DNA from: an uncultured Clostridia bacterium
Lineage (GTDB): Bacteria; Bacillota_I; Bacilli_A; RF39; UBA660
Assembly: GCA_947165945.1 (NCBI GenBank)
Contig: CAMVCF010000003.1
Location: 1 to 56,195 of the forward strand
DNA length: 56,195 nucleotides
Reading direction: 5' to 3'
Below are positions 31,204 to 40,843 of this stretch, one piece after another. A model generated the notes under the pieces. It was not told the DNA's origin and did not search any database. It saw only the letters and a program-made list of their open reading frames with translations. Position 1 is the stretch's first letter. Every line of letters begins with the position of its first letter. A program made the position numbers and the translations under genes.

Positions 31204-32472
31204 TTATTTTTCTTCATTTAATTCAGTAAGTCTTTCAAATGCAAGACGTGCTTCAAGATCGTATTTTAACATATCTTTTCCACCAAATTCTTTTTCAATT
31301 TCCTCTTTAGATGTTTTGTACTCATTTGCTAACTTTTCAAGTTCTTTTTCAATATCTTCTTCTGTTACTTCAATTTTTTCTAATTTAATAATTTCTTCTA
31401 GAATTAAACGATATAAAACATTTTTATAGGCTTCAGGTTCTAGATTATTTCGCATATCTTCTTCTTTTGTTTTAGTAAATTGATAGTAAAGATCTAAAGA
31501 AATTCCTTGATATTTTAAATTTTCTTCAGCACGATGCATTAATCTATCTATTTCTTCATTTACCATTTCTTCTGGAATATCAACATCTGTATTCTTAGAA
31601 ATAGCATCCATCAATTCTTCAATAAATTTATTTTCAATATCAGACTTTTTATGTATTTCTAAATGTTCTTTAATACTTGCTTTTAATGTCTCTTCTGAAT
31701 TAACTCCTTCCATTCCTAAATCTTCAAAGAATTCTTCATCAAGTTCTCTTTCTTCTTTAGTTTTAATTTCATGAACTGTTACTTTAAAGATAGCATCGCG
31801 TCCCTTTAAGTTATCAGCATGATAATCACTTGGGAATGTCACTTTAATATCTTTTGTTTCTTCTTTATCCATTCCAATTAATTGTTCTTCAAATCCTGGA
31901 ATAAAAGTATTAGATCCAATTACTAAGCTATAGTTTTCAGAAGATCCTCCATCAAACTCAACTCCATCAACCATTCCTACGTAATCAATTATTACAGTAT
32001 CTCCATTTTCTACTTTTCCATCTTTTATAACAAGCTCTGCATAATGTTCTTTTAAATGATTAATTTCATCATTAATCTCTTCATCTGTAACAACTAGTTT
32101 ATCTTTCTTAATTTTTAAATCTTTATAATTTTTTATTGTAAGAGAAGGTTTTGTAATAATTGTAAATATAAATTCTATTTTTTCTTCACTAATATTTTTA
32201 ATATTTACAGTTGGTTCAACAACAGGAACTACTTTTGCTTCTTCAATTGCTTTTAAATATGCATTATTAACAACTAAATCTGCTGCATCTAAAAATAAAC
32301 TTTCGATTCCATTTTTCTTAACATATATATCATATGGAACTTTACCTGGACGAAATCCATCCATTTTTATATTTTTTTGATTTTTTAAAAATGCATCTTT
32401 TATAGCCTTTTTCCATTCTTCGCCTTCAATTATTTTTGTTAACTCTAATCGATTTTTTTTATTTTTTTCCAT
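31204..32472 (-). CDS. tig: trigger factor
   Basis: MDGFRPGKVP, FKBP domain FDGGSSENYSLVIGSNTFIPGFEEQLIG. Confidence 0.96.
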   Translation of the reverse strand: MEKNKKNRLELTKIIEGEEWKKAIKDAFLKNQKNIKMDGFRPGKVPYDIYVKKNGIESLFLDAADLVVNNAYLKAIEEAKVVPVVEPTVNIKNISEEKIEFIFTIITKPSLTIKNYKDLKIKKDKLVVTDEEINDEINHLKEHYAELVIKDGKVENGDTVIIDYVGMVDGVEFDGGSSENYSLVIGSNTFIPGFEEQLIGMDKEETKDIKVTFPSDYHADNLKGRDAIFKVTVHEIKTKEERELDEEFFEDLGMEGVNSEETLKASIKEHLEIHKKSDIENKFIEELMDAISKNTDVDIPEEMVNEEIDRLMHRAEENLKYQGISLDLYYQFTKTKEEDMRNNLEPEAYKNVLYRLILEEIIKLEKIEVTEEDIEKELEKLANEYKTSKEEIEKEFGGKDMLKYDLEARLAFERLTELNEEK

Positions 32473-32492
32473 AATCCACCTCACAAGTCGAT

Positions 32493-32521
32493 ATTATACA
32501 AGATTTTTCTTAAGTTTTCAA
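32493..32521 (-). promoter_or_regulatory. sigma-A promoter of tig
   Basis: TTGAAA, 17-nt spacer, TATAAT. Confidence 0.7.
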
Positions 32522-32724
32522 GGAATTTATGATCTTTTTTCTATTTTAAATATGGTAATAGTTTAAAAAAATTAAACGTTTAAAAATATTTTATTTCTTT
32601 TCTTCTTTATAATTATATGTTAGCATATATGAAAAAATGTCAAATAGGAATTATTTTTGGAAAAAATCCTTATTTAGTAGAAAAATTTATAAATTAGTAG
32701 TATAATTTAGTATAGGTGGTGTTA

Positions 32725-33300
32725 GTGAATTATCCAGGTGGTATAACAAAAAAAACAACAATCATCAAAAATGATGTAAATTATAAAAATAGAGGTATGA
32801 ATTTAGAAAACGATTTAAATATTACCAATAACTATTATATAGAAAAAAATATTGCATATATTTATAAAAAACCTACTCCAATTAAAGTAGTAAAAGCTGA
32901 ATATAACAAGAATAAAAATCGAATAATTACAGAAGCTTATTATAGCGAACCATCAACAACAGACTATAATGGAATATATAAAGGAAATTATATTGATTTT
33001 GAAGCCAAAGAAACAAAGAATAAAACAGGCTTTCCATTAAATAACATTCATGCTCATCAAATTAAACACATAAGAAATATAGTAAGCGAAGACGGGATAT
33101 GTTTTTTAATAATTAGATTTACAAGTTTAAATAAAACATATTTATTAAAAGCAATAGATTTTTTAAATTACATCGATTCTAATAAAAAAAGCTTAATTTC
33201 AATTGATTATATTAAAGAAAAAGGAAAAGAAATTAAAGAAAAATATTTAAAAAGATTAGATTATTTAGAAATAGTAGATGAATTATGGAGGAAAAAATGA
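32725..33300 (+). CDS. recU: Holliday junction resolvase RecU
   Basis: NRGMNLE, KKPTP, STTDYNGIYKG, DFEAKET, HQIKH; GTG 32725 after AGGTGG; upstream of ponA. Confidence 0.93.
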   Translation: MNYPGGITKKTTIIKNDVNYKNRGMNLENDLNITNNYYIEKNIAYIYKKPTPIKVVKAEYNKNKNRIITEAYYSEPSTTDYNGIYKGNYIDFEAKETKNKTGFPLNNIHAHQIKHIRNIVSEDGICFLIIRFTSLNKTYLLKAIDFLNYIDSNKKSLISIDYIKEKGKEIKEKYLKRLDYLEIVDELWRKK

Positions 33301-36116
33301 GTAAAAGTATTAAAAGAAAGAAAAAAGGAAAATTAAACATTGGATTAATTATAATGCTTATAGTTGTACTTGCTTTTATAATAGCATTTTATTTTGTGTT
33401 TGGAAGTGATGCAGCACTTATAACAACAATTGGTGTAATTATTATTTTATTTGTTGCAAAGTTATTTGATTTAACAAAGAAAAAGAAAAAACAAAGAAAA
33501 ATTCTAAAATGTTTTTTAATTATCTTTTTAGTAATGGGAATTTTAGGAATTATTGGAATAGGTGCATTCATGGTCTATGTTGTATCAAGTGCTCCTGAAT
33601 TTAAAACTAGCTTATTAACTGAAAAACAATCAACCATTCTTTATGATAGTAATGGTGAAGAATTTGCAAAAATGGGAAGTCAAAAAAGAGAAAATATTGA
33701 ATATAGTGATTTACCAGAAATATTTATTGATGCATTAATTGCAACTGAAGATTCAAGATATTTTCAACACAATGGACTTGATCTTGCAAGATTTTCTAAA
33801 GCTGTTGTACAACAATTAATGGGAAAAAGTGATGCTGGAGGTGGTTCAACTATTTCCATGCAGGTTATTAAAAATAGTTTTACAGATACAGTAAGTACCG
33901 GAATTAAAGGTCTTATTCGTAAATTTACAGATATATATCTTGCTGTTTTTAAACTAGAAAAACTTTACACCAAAGAACAAATTATTGAATTTTATGTAAA
34001 TAACCATAATTTAGGAGACGCATACGGTGTTGAAGAAGCAAGTAAATATTACTTTGGTAAATCTGCATGTGATATGAATCTTTCAGAAGCTGCTATTCTG
34101 GCTGGAATGTATCAAGCACCCGGTACATATAATCCACGAATAAATCCTGATAAAGCAGAAGCAAGAAGAAAAACCGTTTTAAATCTAATGGTAAGACATG
34201 GATATATTTCCAAAGAAGAAGCAAATTTAGCAAATAGCATTCCTGTTTCATCATTACTAAATATTAGAGCATCAAACCAAAGTGCTTATCAAGGATATAT
34301 TGATACTTTAAGAGATGAAATTAGTGATAAATATGGACTTGATCCAAATACCACTTCAATGTTAATTTATACCAATATGAATCGAGCAAAACAAGATGGA
34401 TTAAATGATATTGCAAATGGTAAAACTTATAATTGGATTGATGATTATGTTCAAGCTGGAATTGTTATTTTAGACTCATCTACTGGTAAAGTTGAAGCAC
34501 TACTTGCTGCAAGAAATTATAATGGCCAAATGCTTTATAATTATACAACTGATATTAATAATCAAATAGGATCAACTGCAAAACCATTATTTGACTATGC
34601 ACCAGGTATTGAATACAATAACTGGTCAACATATACTTTATTTAATGATAGTGAATATACATACTCAAGTGGACAAGCAATTCATAACTATGATGGAGGA
34701 TATCGTGGATGGATTACTTTAAGATATGCCCTATCCGATTCTAGAAATATCCCTGCTTTAAAAGCATTTCAACAAGTTGATAAAAAGAAAATTATAGAAC
34801 TTGTAACAAGTGTTGGTATTACACCAGAAATTAGTAATGGAACAATTCATGAAGCTCATGCAATAGGTGCATTTAATGGTTCTAATCCAATGGAAATGGC
34901 TGGAGCTTATCAAATATTTTCTAATGGAGGAAAATATACTGAACCTTATTTAGTATCTAAAATTGTTTTAAGAGCAACTGGTGAAGTAATAGAACCAAAA
35001 ATAGAAACTAAACAAATAATAAGTGATTCAACTTCTTATATGATTGCAGATGTATTAAAAGGTGTTGTCAACAATCGTATGCGAAATTATCGCTACCATA
35101 TATCAGATAACTTCTCAGCTAAAACGGGAACAACAAATTATCCATCAAATATGTGGAAAAGTTATCCAGGTCTTCCAAGTGATGCTATTAGTGATTGTTG
35201 GGTAATGGGATTTACCAATAAAACTGTTATTTCTCTTTGGTATGGATATAATAGAATTGATCCTGAACATTTAGATAGAGTATTACACTGGGTCCCAGCA
35301 ACTAACGAAAGAGCTAATCTATTTAATGCCATCGCTAATATTGGATTTAACCATGATGGATCTGATTTTGAAATGCCAAGTTCTGTTGTTAAAGTTGGAG
35401 TTGAAGCTGGTACAAATCCACCACTACTTCCAAGTGAAAATACACCATCATCATCAATTGTTTATGAATTATTTAAAAAAGGAACTGAACCTACAGAAGT
35501 ATCAAATGCTTATTCAAAACTCTCGGCACCATCAAATCTAAGCGTAAATTACAAAAATGACAAAGTAGAACTTTCTTGGAGCAAAGTAAATGATCCAGGT
35601 TATGTAAATGATTCTGCATTTGGTTACTATGTTTACTACAATGATACCCTTCTAACATTTACAACCAAAACAAATTTCACAGTTGATAAAAGTGATGGAA
35701 AAGTTAGTAACTATATAGGTACATATTCAGTTGAAGCTGGCTATAAAGACGTTTCAACTAGTAGATCAGAAAAAATAACAAAAAGCTTAACTTCTACTAA
35801 AACCTATAATCTATCAATTAGTAAAAACACAACTTATTTAAATATTGGAGATAAAATCTCCGATGACTTATTTAATGGTAATTTAGTAATTTTAAAAGAA
35901 AATGATACAGTTATAACTTTAAATAAATCTAATATAAAAGTAACTGTTAAAAATAGCAGTGGTGATATAGTATCATCTATAACAAGTGAAAGTGCAGAAA
36001 CTTATACAGTAACTTATACAATAACATACAATGGTTATACTGGAACAACAAGCAATAAAATTGTTATTAGAGGAAATGGTTCAGAAACATCTACAAATGA
36101 TGAAAAGAATAATTAA
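33297..36116 (+). CDS. ponA: class A penicillin-binding protein 1A with C-terminal FN3-like domain
   Basis: EDSRYFQH, GGSTISMQ, STAK (SxxK), SRN, KTGT; ATGA overlap with recU. Confidence 0.92.
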   Translation: MSKSIKRKKKGKLNIGLIIMLIVVLAFIIAFYFVFGSDAALITTIGVIIILFVAKLFDLTKKKKKQRKILKCFLIIFLVMGILGIIGIGAFMVYVVSSAPEFKTSLLTEKQSTILYDSNGEEFAKMGSQKRENIEYSDLPEIFIDALIATEDSRYFQHNGLDLARFSKAVVQQLMGKSDAGGGSTISMQVIKNSFTDTVSTGIKGLIRKFTDIYLAVFKLEKLYTKEQIIEFYVNNHNLGDAYGVEEASKYYFGKSACDMNLSEAAILAGMYQAPGTYNPRINPDKAEARRKTVLNLMVRHGYISKEEANLANSIPVSSLLNIRASNQSAYQGYIDTLRDEISDKYGLDPNTTSMLIYTNMNRAKQDGLNDIANGKTYNWIDDYVQAGIVILDSSTGKVEALLAARNYNGQMLYNYTTDINNQIGSTAKPLFDYAPGIEYNNWSTYTLFNDSEYTYSSGQAIHNYDGGYRGWITLRYALSDSRNIPALKAFQQVDKKKIIELVTSVGITPEISNGTIHEAHAIGAFNGSNPMEMAGAYQIFSNGGKYTEPYLVSKIVLRATGEVIEPKIETKQIISDSTSYMIADVLKGVVNNRMRNYRYHISDNFSAKTGTTNYPSNMWKSYPGLPSDAISDCWVMGFTNKTVISLWYGYNRIDPEHLDRVLHWVPATNERANLFNAIANIGFNHDGSDFEMPSSVVKVGVEAGTNPPLLPSENTPSSSIVYELFKKGTEPTEVSNAYSKLSAPSNLSVNYKNDKVELSWSKVNDPGYVNDSAFGYYVYYNDTLLTFTTKTNFTVDKSDGKVSNYIGTYSVEAGYKDVSTSRSEKITKSLTSTKTYNLSISKNTTYLNIGDKISDDLFNGNLVILKENDTVITLNKSNIKVTVKNSSGDIVSSITSESAETYTVTYTITYNGYTGTTSNKIVIRGNGSETSTNDEKNN

Positions 36117-36145
36117 AAGAAAGTCATAAGACTTTCTTTTTTTTT
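36116..36145. terminator. bidirectional terminator between ponA and rbgA
   Basis: AAAGAAAGTC-ATAA-GACTTTCTTT plus T tract. Confidence 0.8.
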
Positions 36146-37022
36146 AATCAAACGTAATACCTTTAATTCTTCCTTCTTTTAAATCATTGATAATAATTGT
36201 ATAAACTTTATCATAATCAATCAAATTACCTTGCTTTATTGAACTAGTGTTTTCAGCAATACATTTAAATATTTTTTCTAAATCAAATTCAATATTTTCA
36301 TCTAATTTATATCTATTTATTAAAATATTTTTATAATTATTATATAAATATGTAATAATATAGGAAGCAATTTCTTCTTTATCTAAAATATCTTCATTAA
36401 TTGATGCAAAACTTGCTAAATTAAGGCCTACTTCTTTTGCTTCAATCTTAGGGTATAAAATACCGGGTGTATCCATAAGTTCTATTGTATTTCCTACTCT
36501 AATCCAACTAATTCCTTTAGTAACACCAGCTCGATTTCCTGTTTTTAAACCATTCTTTCCACTTATTCTATTTATCAAAGTACTCTTTCCAACATTTGGT
36601 GCTCCAATAACTATTGCTCGATAAGTTCTTGGTTTAAGCCCCTTCTTTATTCTAGAATCATTAATATCTTTTAATAAATTATTAGTTTTATTAACAAGAT
36701 CATTTATTTCTTTTTTAGAAATATCTTTTAAGTTTAATATTACAACTATATATTTATTTTTTAAATCTTCTAATATTTTATTAGTTTTTTCTTTATCACA
36801 AAGATCATACTTTGTAACTATTATTATTCTTTTTTTATCTTTCACTAATAAATCCAAATCAATTATTTTAGAAGATATTGGCATTCTTGCATCTAATACT
36901 TCATAGACAATATCAATTAAAGATAATTTTTCTTTTATTTCTCTTTTTGTTTTAGCCATGTGTCCAGGATACCAGCTGATATTGGTTTTGTCTAGCCCAG
37001 CATTTCCATTTGTATTACTCAT
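36144..37022 (-). CDS. rbgA: ribosome biogenesis GTPase RbgA (YlqF)
   Basis: ISWYPGHMAKT, EVLDARMP, GAPNVGKSTLIN, GVTK, DTPGILYP; SD AAGGAG before ATG 37022. Confidence 0.95.
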   Translation of the reverse strand: MSNTNGNAGLDKTNISWYPGHMAKTKREIKEKLSLIDIVYEVLDARMPISSKIIDLDLLVKDKKRIIIVTKYDLCDKEKTNKILEDLKNKYIVVILNLKDISKKEINDLVNKTNNLLKDINDSRIKKGLKPRTYRAIVIGAPNVGKSTLINRISGKNGLKTGNRAGVTKGISWIRVGNTIELMDTPGILYPKIEAKEVGLNLASFASINEDILDKEEIASYIITYLYNNYKNILINRYKLDENIEFDLEKIFKCIAENTSSIKQGNLIDYDKVYTIIINDLKEGRIKGITFD

Positions 37023-37156
37023 AAGAATCACTCCTTTTTGTAAGAAACTTTACTTATCAATTATATCACAAAATTTCAATTATTTAGATACCTTAATGCA
37101 TCTTCAAGAATATTTTAATATTTAAATATTATTCAACATAAACATAAATAATTTAC

Positions 37157-37192
37157 AAAAAAACAGCTGTTTTTTTATTTAACAAGCTGTTT
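37157..37192 (-). terminator. terminator after cassette D gene
   Basis: AAACAGCT...AGCTGTTT inverted repeat with A tract. Confidence 0.65.
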
Positions 37193-37723
37193 TACTTTTC
37201 CTTTATTCGAATCAAATTCTGATTCAAACATGATATGGGTTATTTCGAAAATAGACTTAATATAATTATCAAATATTCCTTTTTCTCTTAATTCAAAAAT
37301 AAATTTTTTAACTTTTTCCTCATCACATATATAACAATTACTAAAATCAAAAGCATATGGAGAACCAACTTGTTTACCACTTAATTCATAGTTACTATTA
37401 TAAGCAATAAATAATTCTGTACCCGAAATAAATTCTCTTGCTTTAAATCTATTAAACTTATGTGCTGCTGGACACAAATTAATGCTATGTGCTATCATTC
37501 TTTGGAATGCCATACTTAAATTATTATTAACAATCATAAACATTTTTTGATATTCTTTTGGAACACCATTTTTTTCGAATATTTCTGTAGCATTTCCATC
37601 AGTAAAAGAAATCATACTTGGCTGTGAATATATTATGCTTCTATCATCTTTATCAGCATTTAAAATATGCATAATCAAATATATATTCTTTGCATCCACT
37701 CCAATATATTTTTTAGCTGACAT
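37175..37723 (-). CDS. hypothetical protein (cassette D cargo)
   Basis: 182 aa, SD GGAGG; no family recognised. Confidence 0.75.
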   Translation of the reverse strand: MSAKKYIGVDAKNIYLIMHILNADKDDRSIIYSQPSMISFTDGNATEIFEKNGVPKEYQKMFMIVNNNLSMAFQRMIAHSINLCPAAHKFNRFKAREFISGTELFIAYNSNYELSGKQVGSPYAFDFSNCYICDEEKVKKFIFELREKGIFDNYIKSIFEITHIMFESEFDSNKGKVKQLVK

Positions 37724-37790
37724 AACTCCTCCTCACCAGGTATTATAAAACTTTCTTTTTATTAATTAAATCAATTATACAAAAATATAC

Positions 37791-37815
37791 AAAAAATCAG
37801 ATAGCAACTATCTGA
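37791..37815 (-). terminator. intrinsic terminator inside the cassette D arm
   Basis: TCAGATAG-TTG-CTATCTGA-TTTTTT on minus. Confidence 0.75.
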
Positions 37816-38009
37816 CAAATTTATATAAAAACACTCTTTTTTCTAAAAGTTAGACCGTCAATACCACCCTTTTTAAATATCGCTATTTTTGGATGATTTT
37901 TACCGAATTTTATCAAATTTTAGTTTTTTTTTACTTTTTTTAATAAAAAAATGTAATAAGTAAACATTCATTTTCCCTTGATTTTATAAGGTTTTATAAA
38001 AATGTTTGA

Positions 38010-38069
38010 CTAAATCCATACCAAACAGTTTATATGAGTTTTATTTTCATTCATTTGAATTACCTCCTC
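38010..38069 (-). pseudogene. orphan rbgA 5' stub (MNENKTHINCLVWI*) / att-like junction between cassettes C and D
   Basis: AGGAGG-TAATTCAA-ATG AAT GAA AAT AAA ACT CAT ATA AAC TGT TTG, versus rbgA AAA ACC AAT ATC AGC TGG TAT. Confidence 0.75.
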
Positions 38070-38590
38070 TTAGTTAATAATTTTTCCTTTGTTTTACTTA
38101 AATATTCTTTTCTTTTTTCTAATTTATCTGGATGATGTGCAAGTGCATCACATCTTTGTATTTCATAAAGTTTCAAACATAATTCATAATTATTCTCAAT
38201 TTGTTCACTACTAATTGGTGTATCATGGTTTTCAATTAAATAACATATTAAATTAATATATTCTTCATTATAACCTAACCTATGTAATATTTCCTCCGAC
38301 ATTTTTGCTGATACCATAGGATGATTTTTAAAATGTCTAATTTCTTCATCTTGATATGAAAAAGGTTTACCAATATCATGAAGTAATAAACACAATCTTA
38401 TATCAAAATCTTTTTCTGATAAGGTAAGAGCTAATAACGTATGATTCCATACATCTAAATGATGATGAGGATGTCTGTGTTCAAATCCAATCATATTTTC
38501 TATTTCTGGAATTAGTTTCAATAAATAATCTATATTTTCATTAATAGATTCTACAATATTCTCTGATAATAAAATTGATTGCAAATCCAT
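38060..38590 (-). CDS. HD-domain phosphohydrolase (resembles the HD domain of CCA-adding enzymes; cassette C cargo)
   Basis: HHHLDVWNHT, LLLHDIGKP, HPMVSA, IENHD, CDALAH; SD GAGG before ATG 38590. Confidence 0.8.
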   Translation of the reverse strand: MDLQSILLSENIVESINENIDYLLKLIPEIENMIGFEHRHPHHHLDVWNHTLLALTLSEKDFDIRLCLLLHDIGKPFSYQDEEIRHFKNHPMVSAKMSEEILHRLGYNEEYINLICYLIENHDTPISSEQIENNYELCLKLYEIQRCDALAHHPDKLEKRKEYLSKTKEKLLTKRR

Positions 38591-38769
38591 GTCTATTACC
38601 TCGACTTTCTTATTATTAGGTGGCGTAATCACCTTACTAATTCCTCCACTATTTTGCATTAAAAATAGTCATTTAATTTTTGTCTGTTTTATCATATTTT
38701 TATGTTAAACATGCTAGATGTTCACTCTCACAATCCCTTATTTTCCCTAGGGTTTCTCCTATTCTTGGA

Positions 38770-38827
38770 TAAATCGTAATCAACCAGTTTATATTAGTTT
38801 TATTTTCATTCATTTGGATTACCTCCC
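38770..38827 (-). pseudogene. orphan rbgA 5' stub (MNENKTNINWLITIY...) / junction between cassettes B and C
   Basis: GGGAGG-TAATCCAA-ATG AAT GAA AAT AAA ACT AAT ATA AAC TGG TTG; ATG at 38813. Confidence 0.8.
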
Positions 38828-39814
38828 TATCTTTATTTCATTATCATCTTGTTTAGTTTTATTAACCACTAATTGTTCCAATGAAAAATAATTTAAATCT
38901 TTTGTATCAATTGATTCATTAACGCAAAAATTATTATAAAGCAATGACTTACCAGATACAATAATATCAAATATGTAATCATGCGGATTATTATATATAC
39001 AATTTAACATTGCCTTTTGCATTGTCATTTCATCAAACAATCTTTTAGTTGGAATTGCTATAACCATAGGTTTTGTATCTTTGAATTTATTCCAATATTT
39101 ATTAAAGAAAGATAATACTTCATTACCTTCATTTTTAGATAAATCATAATATTTTATTAATGAATTCACACATTCAAGTGCATCATTATAATTCTTAGTG
39201 GAATAACCCTTTTCTTTATGATAGTTAACTAATTGATGATATACAGAGGCTTCACCACAGAACAATCTAAACCATTCAGGTCCATTACTATAATTCATAA
39301 TTTGTAATGGATCAGAGTTGCAAAATATACCAGTATAATCATGATTAAAATCATTAATTACAAATTGAAATGGATTTACTTTATCATACTTGCTAAACAA
39401 TTGATTCATAACTAAAATATCATTTTTTTCTTCATTATCTTCTTTCTTCACAAAACCATTTTTAATTAGTTCATCGCCATATAAACTATTAGTAGAATGA
39501 AAAATATAACCATTAATATAAAAATTTAAATAAGCATACTTCTCTATTTCACCAATTCTTGATTGTATATTCCCTTTGCTAATATTCATAATTGAGGCAA
39601 TTCTATTTATTATGAATTCTTTTTTGTTATCAGAGTGAATATATTCAATTATTCCATCATTGTTTTTAAATAATATGCAGTAATTAATTATTTGAGCAAT
39701 CAAAACAGATTTCTCATGACGCTCATCAAAAGATGCATCATAATCAAATTGACACATTTCTTGAATCTCACTACTACTTAAAGTATTCTCAACTAAATTA
39801 CCAAATTCATTCAT
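38819..39814 (-). CDS. hypothetical protein (cassette B cargo), possible ADP-ribosyltransferase-like fold
   Basis: SD GAGGTG before ATG 39814; YIFHSTNSLYGDELIKNG resembles the ART/PARP first strand (xHGT...I..nG); weak. Confidence 0.6.
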   Translation of the reverse strand: MNEFGNLVENTLSSSEIQEMCQFDYDASFDERHEKSVLIAQIINYCILFKNNDGIIEYIHSDNKKEFIINRIASIMNISKGNIQSRIGEIEKYAYLNFYINGYIFHSTNSLYGDELIKNGFVKKEDNEEKNDILVMNQLFSKYDKVNPFQFVINDFNHDYTGIFCNSDPLQIMNYSNGPEWFRLFCGEASVYHQLVNYHKEKGYSTKNYNDALECVNSLIKYYDLSKNEGNEVLSFFNKYWNKFKDTKPMVIAIPTKRLFDEMTMQKAMLNCIYNNPHDYIFDIIVSGKSLLYNNFCVNESIDTKDLNYFSLEQLVVNKTKQDDNEIKIGR

Positions 39815-39989
39815 ACATTTCACCTCGTTTTATTAAAAGTTAGACTCCTGTCACCACTCCCTAAATACTATGGTATTTTTGGAGTTCTTTTATCTATTTT
39901 TTATACTTTTTAGTAATTATTTATTAAAAAATGTAATTACTATATATTAACTTTTTTCTTATTTTATAAGAGTTTCATGAATAGTTAGA

Positions 39990-40049
39990 CTAAATTGTCA
40001 TCAACCAATTGATATTAGTTTTATTTTCATTTATTTGGATCAACTCCTT
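39990..40049 (-). pseudogene. orphan rbgA 5' stub with start codon decayed to ATA / junction between cassettes A and B
   Basis: AAGGAG-TTGATCCAA-ATA AAT GAA AAT AAA ACT AAT ATC AAT TGG TTG ATG ACA ATT TAG. Confidence 0.75.
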
Positions 40050-40056
40050 TTATTTA

Positions 40057-40620
40057 TTAAAATTTTAATATATTTTTTGCTGATTCATATTGTACTTTAA
40101 CAAGCACTTTACCCTTATCAGACATCTTATTATAACTTCTATCTAATTTATCCATAACAAATTTACTTCCATCATCTATAGATAGGCCTTTTTCTTTATA
40201 AACCATACTTAAAAGCGATGGAATACTATAAAAATGTGCCATAGCATCAGAATCAGCTACACATATTTCTTCAGGTGATGTTTTATCAGCTAACCTGCTT
40301 CCACGATGGTTTAAAATACATTTTTTAATTAATTCTATTTTATCAGTTGGATAACATTCAGCAAGTAAAAGTTGTTCTGCTATATCTGCACCTATAATAT
40401 GATGCTCTTCAGTAAAACTTACATCTGTTACACTAGCAATGTCATGAAGAAGAGCTGCTATTGCAACTATTTCTAAATCTGCACCATATTCACTAGCATA
40501 TTTTTTTGCTAGTTCATAAACTATTTTTATGTGATGGTCCCATGCTCCTATCCCATATGCATTTGTAGGTTGTTCACATCTATTTTTAACTTCATTATAC
40601 ATTTTATCTTCAATTGTCAT
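40057..40620 (-). CDS. HD-domain phosphohydrolase (cassette A cargo)
   Basis: HHIKIV, ALLHDIA, EHHIIGA, ILNHRG, VADSDAMAH; SD AGGAG. Confidence 0.85.
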   Translation of the reverse strand: MTIEDKMYNEVKNRCEQPTNAYGIGAWDHHIKIVYELAKKYASEYGADLEIVAIAALLHDIASVTDVSFTEEHHIIGADIAEQLLLAECYPTDKIELIKKCILNHRGSRLADKTSPEEICVADSDAMAHFYSIPSLLSMVYKEKGLSIDDGSKFVMDKLDRSYNKMSDKGKVLVKVQYESAKNILKF

Positions 40621-40843
40621 ATTATTTCTCCTGCTCTAATTGTTTAACCATCAATACCAAGTATCAAATATAATTTATTTTTATATAAAGTATGCCTCAA
40701 AACAATTGTCGGCATATTACAAGCCAGTACCCTAATTCCTCTCAAAAATGAGTATATTTTAACCTATTTTTTCAAATTTTTCCTTCTTTTTTATTAAAAC
40801 TTGCAAGATCTAATTTGCTAAAAAGTCCAATTTTACAAGAGTT

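Noticed and set aside
33297-36116. PBP1A glycosyltransferase motif RKFTD instead of RKxxE
   Set aside because: Conservative change; the catalytic EDxxFxxH-type motif and all transpeptidase motifs are intact
37175-39814. Basic C-terminal tails (KVKQLVK, LLTKRR, EIKIGR) as a secretion signal
   Set aside because: Two of them are forced by the overlapping SD sequence, and Lys-rich ends are expected in an AT-rich genome
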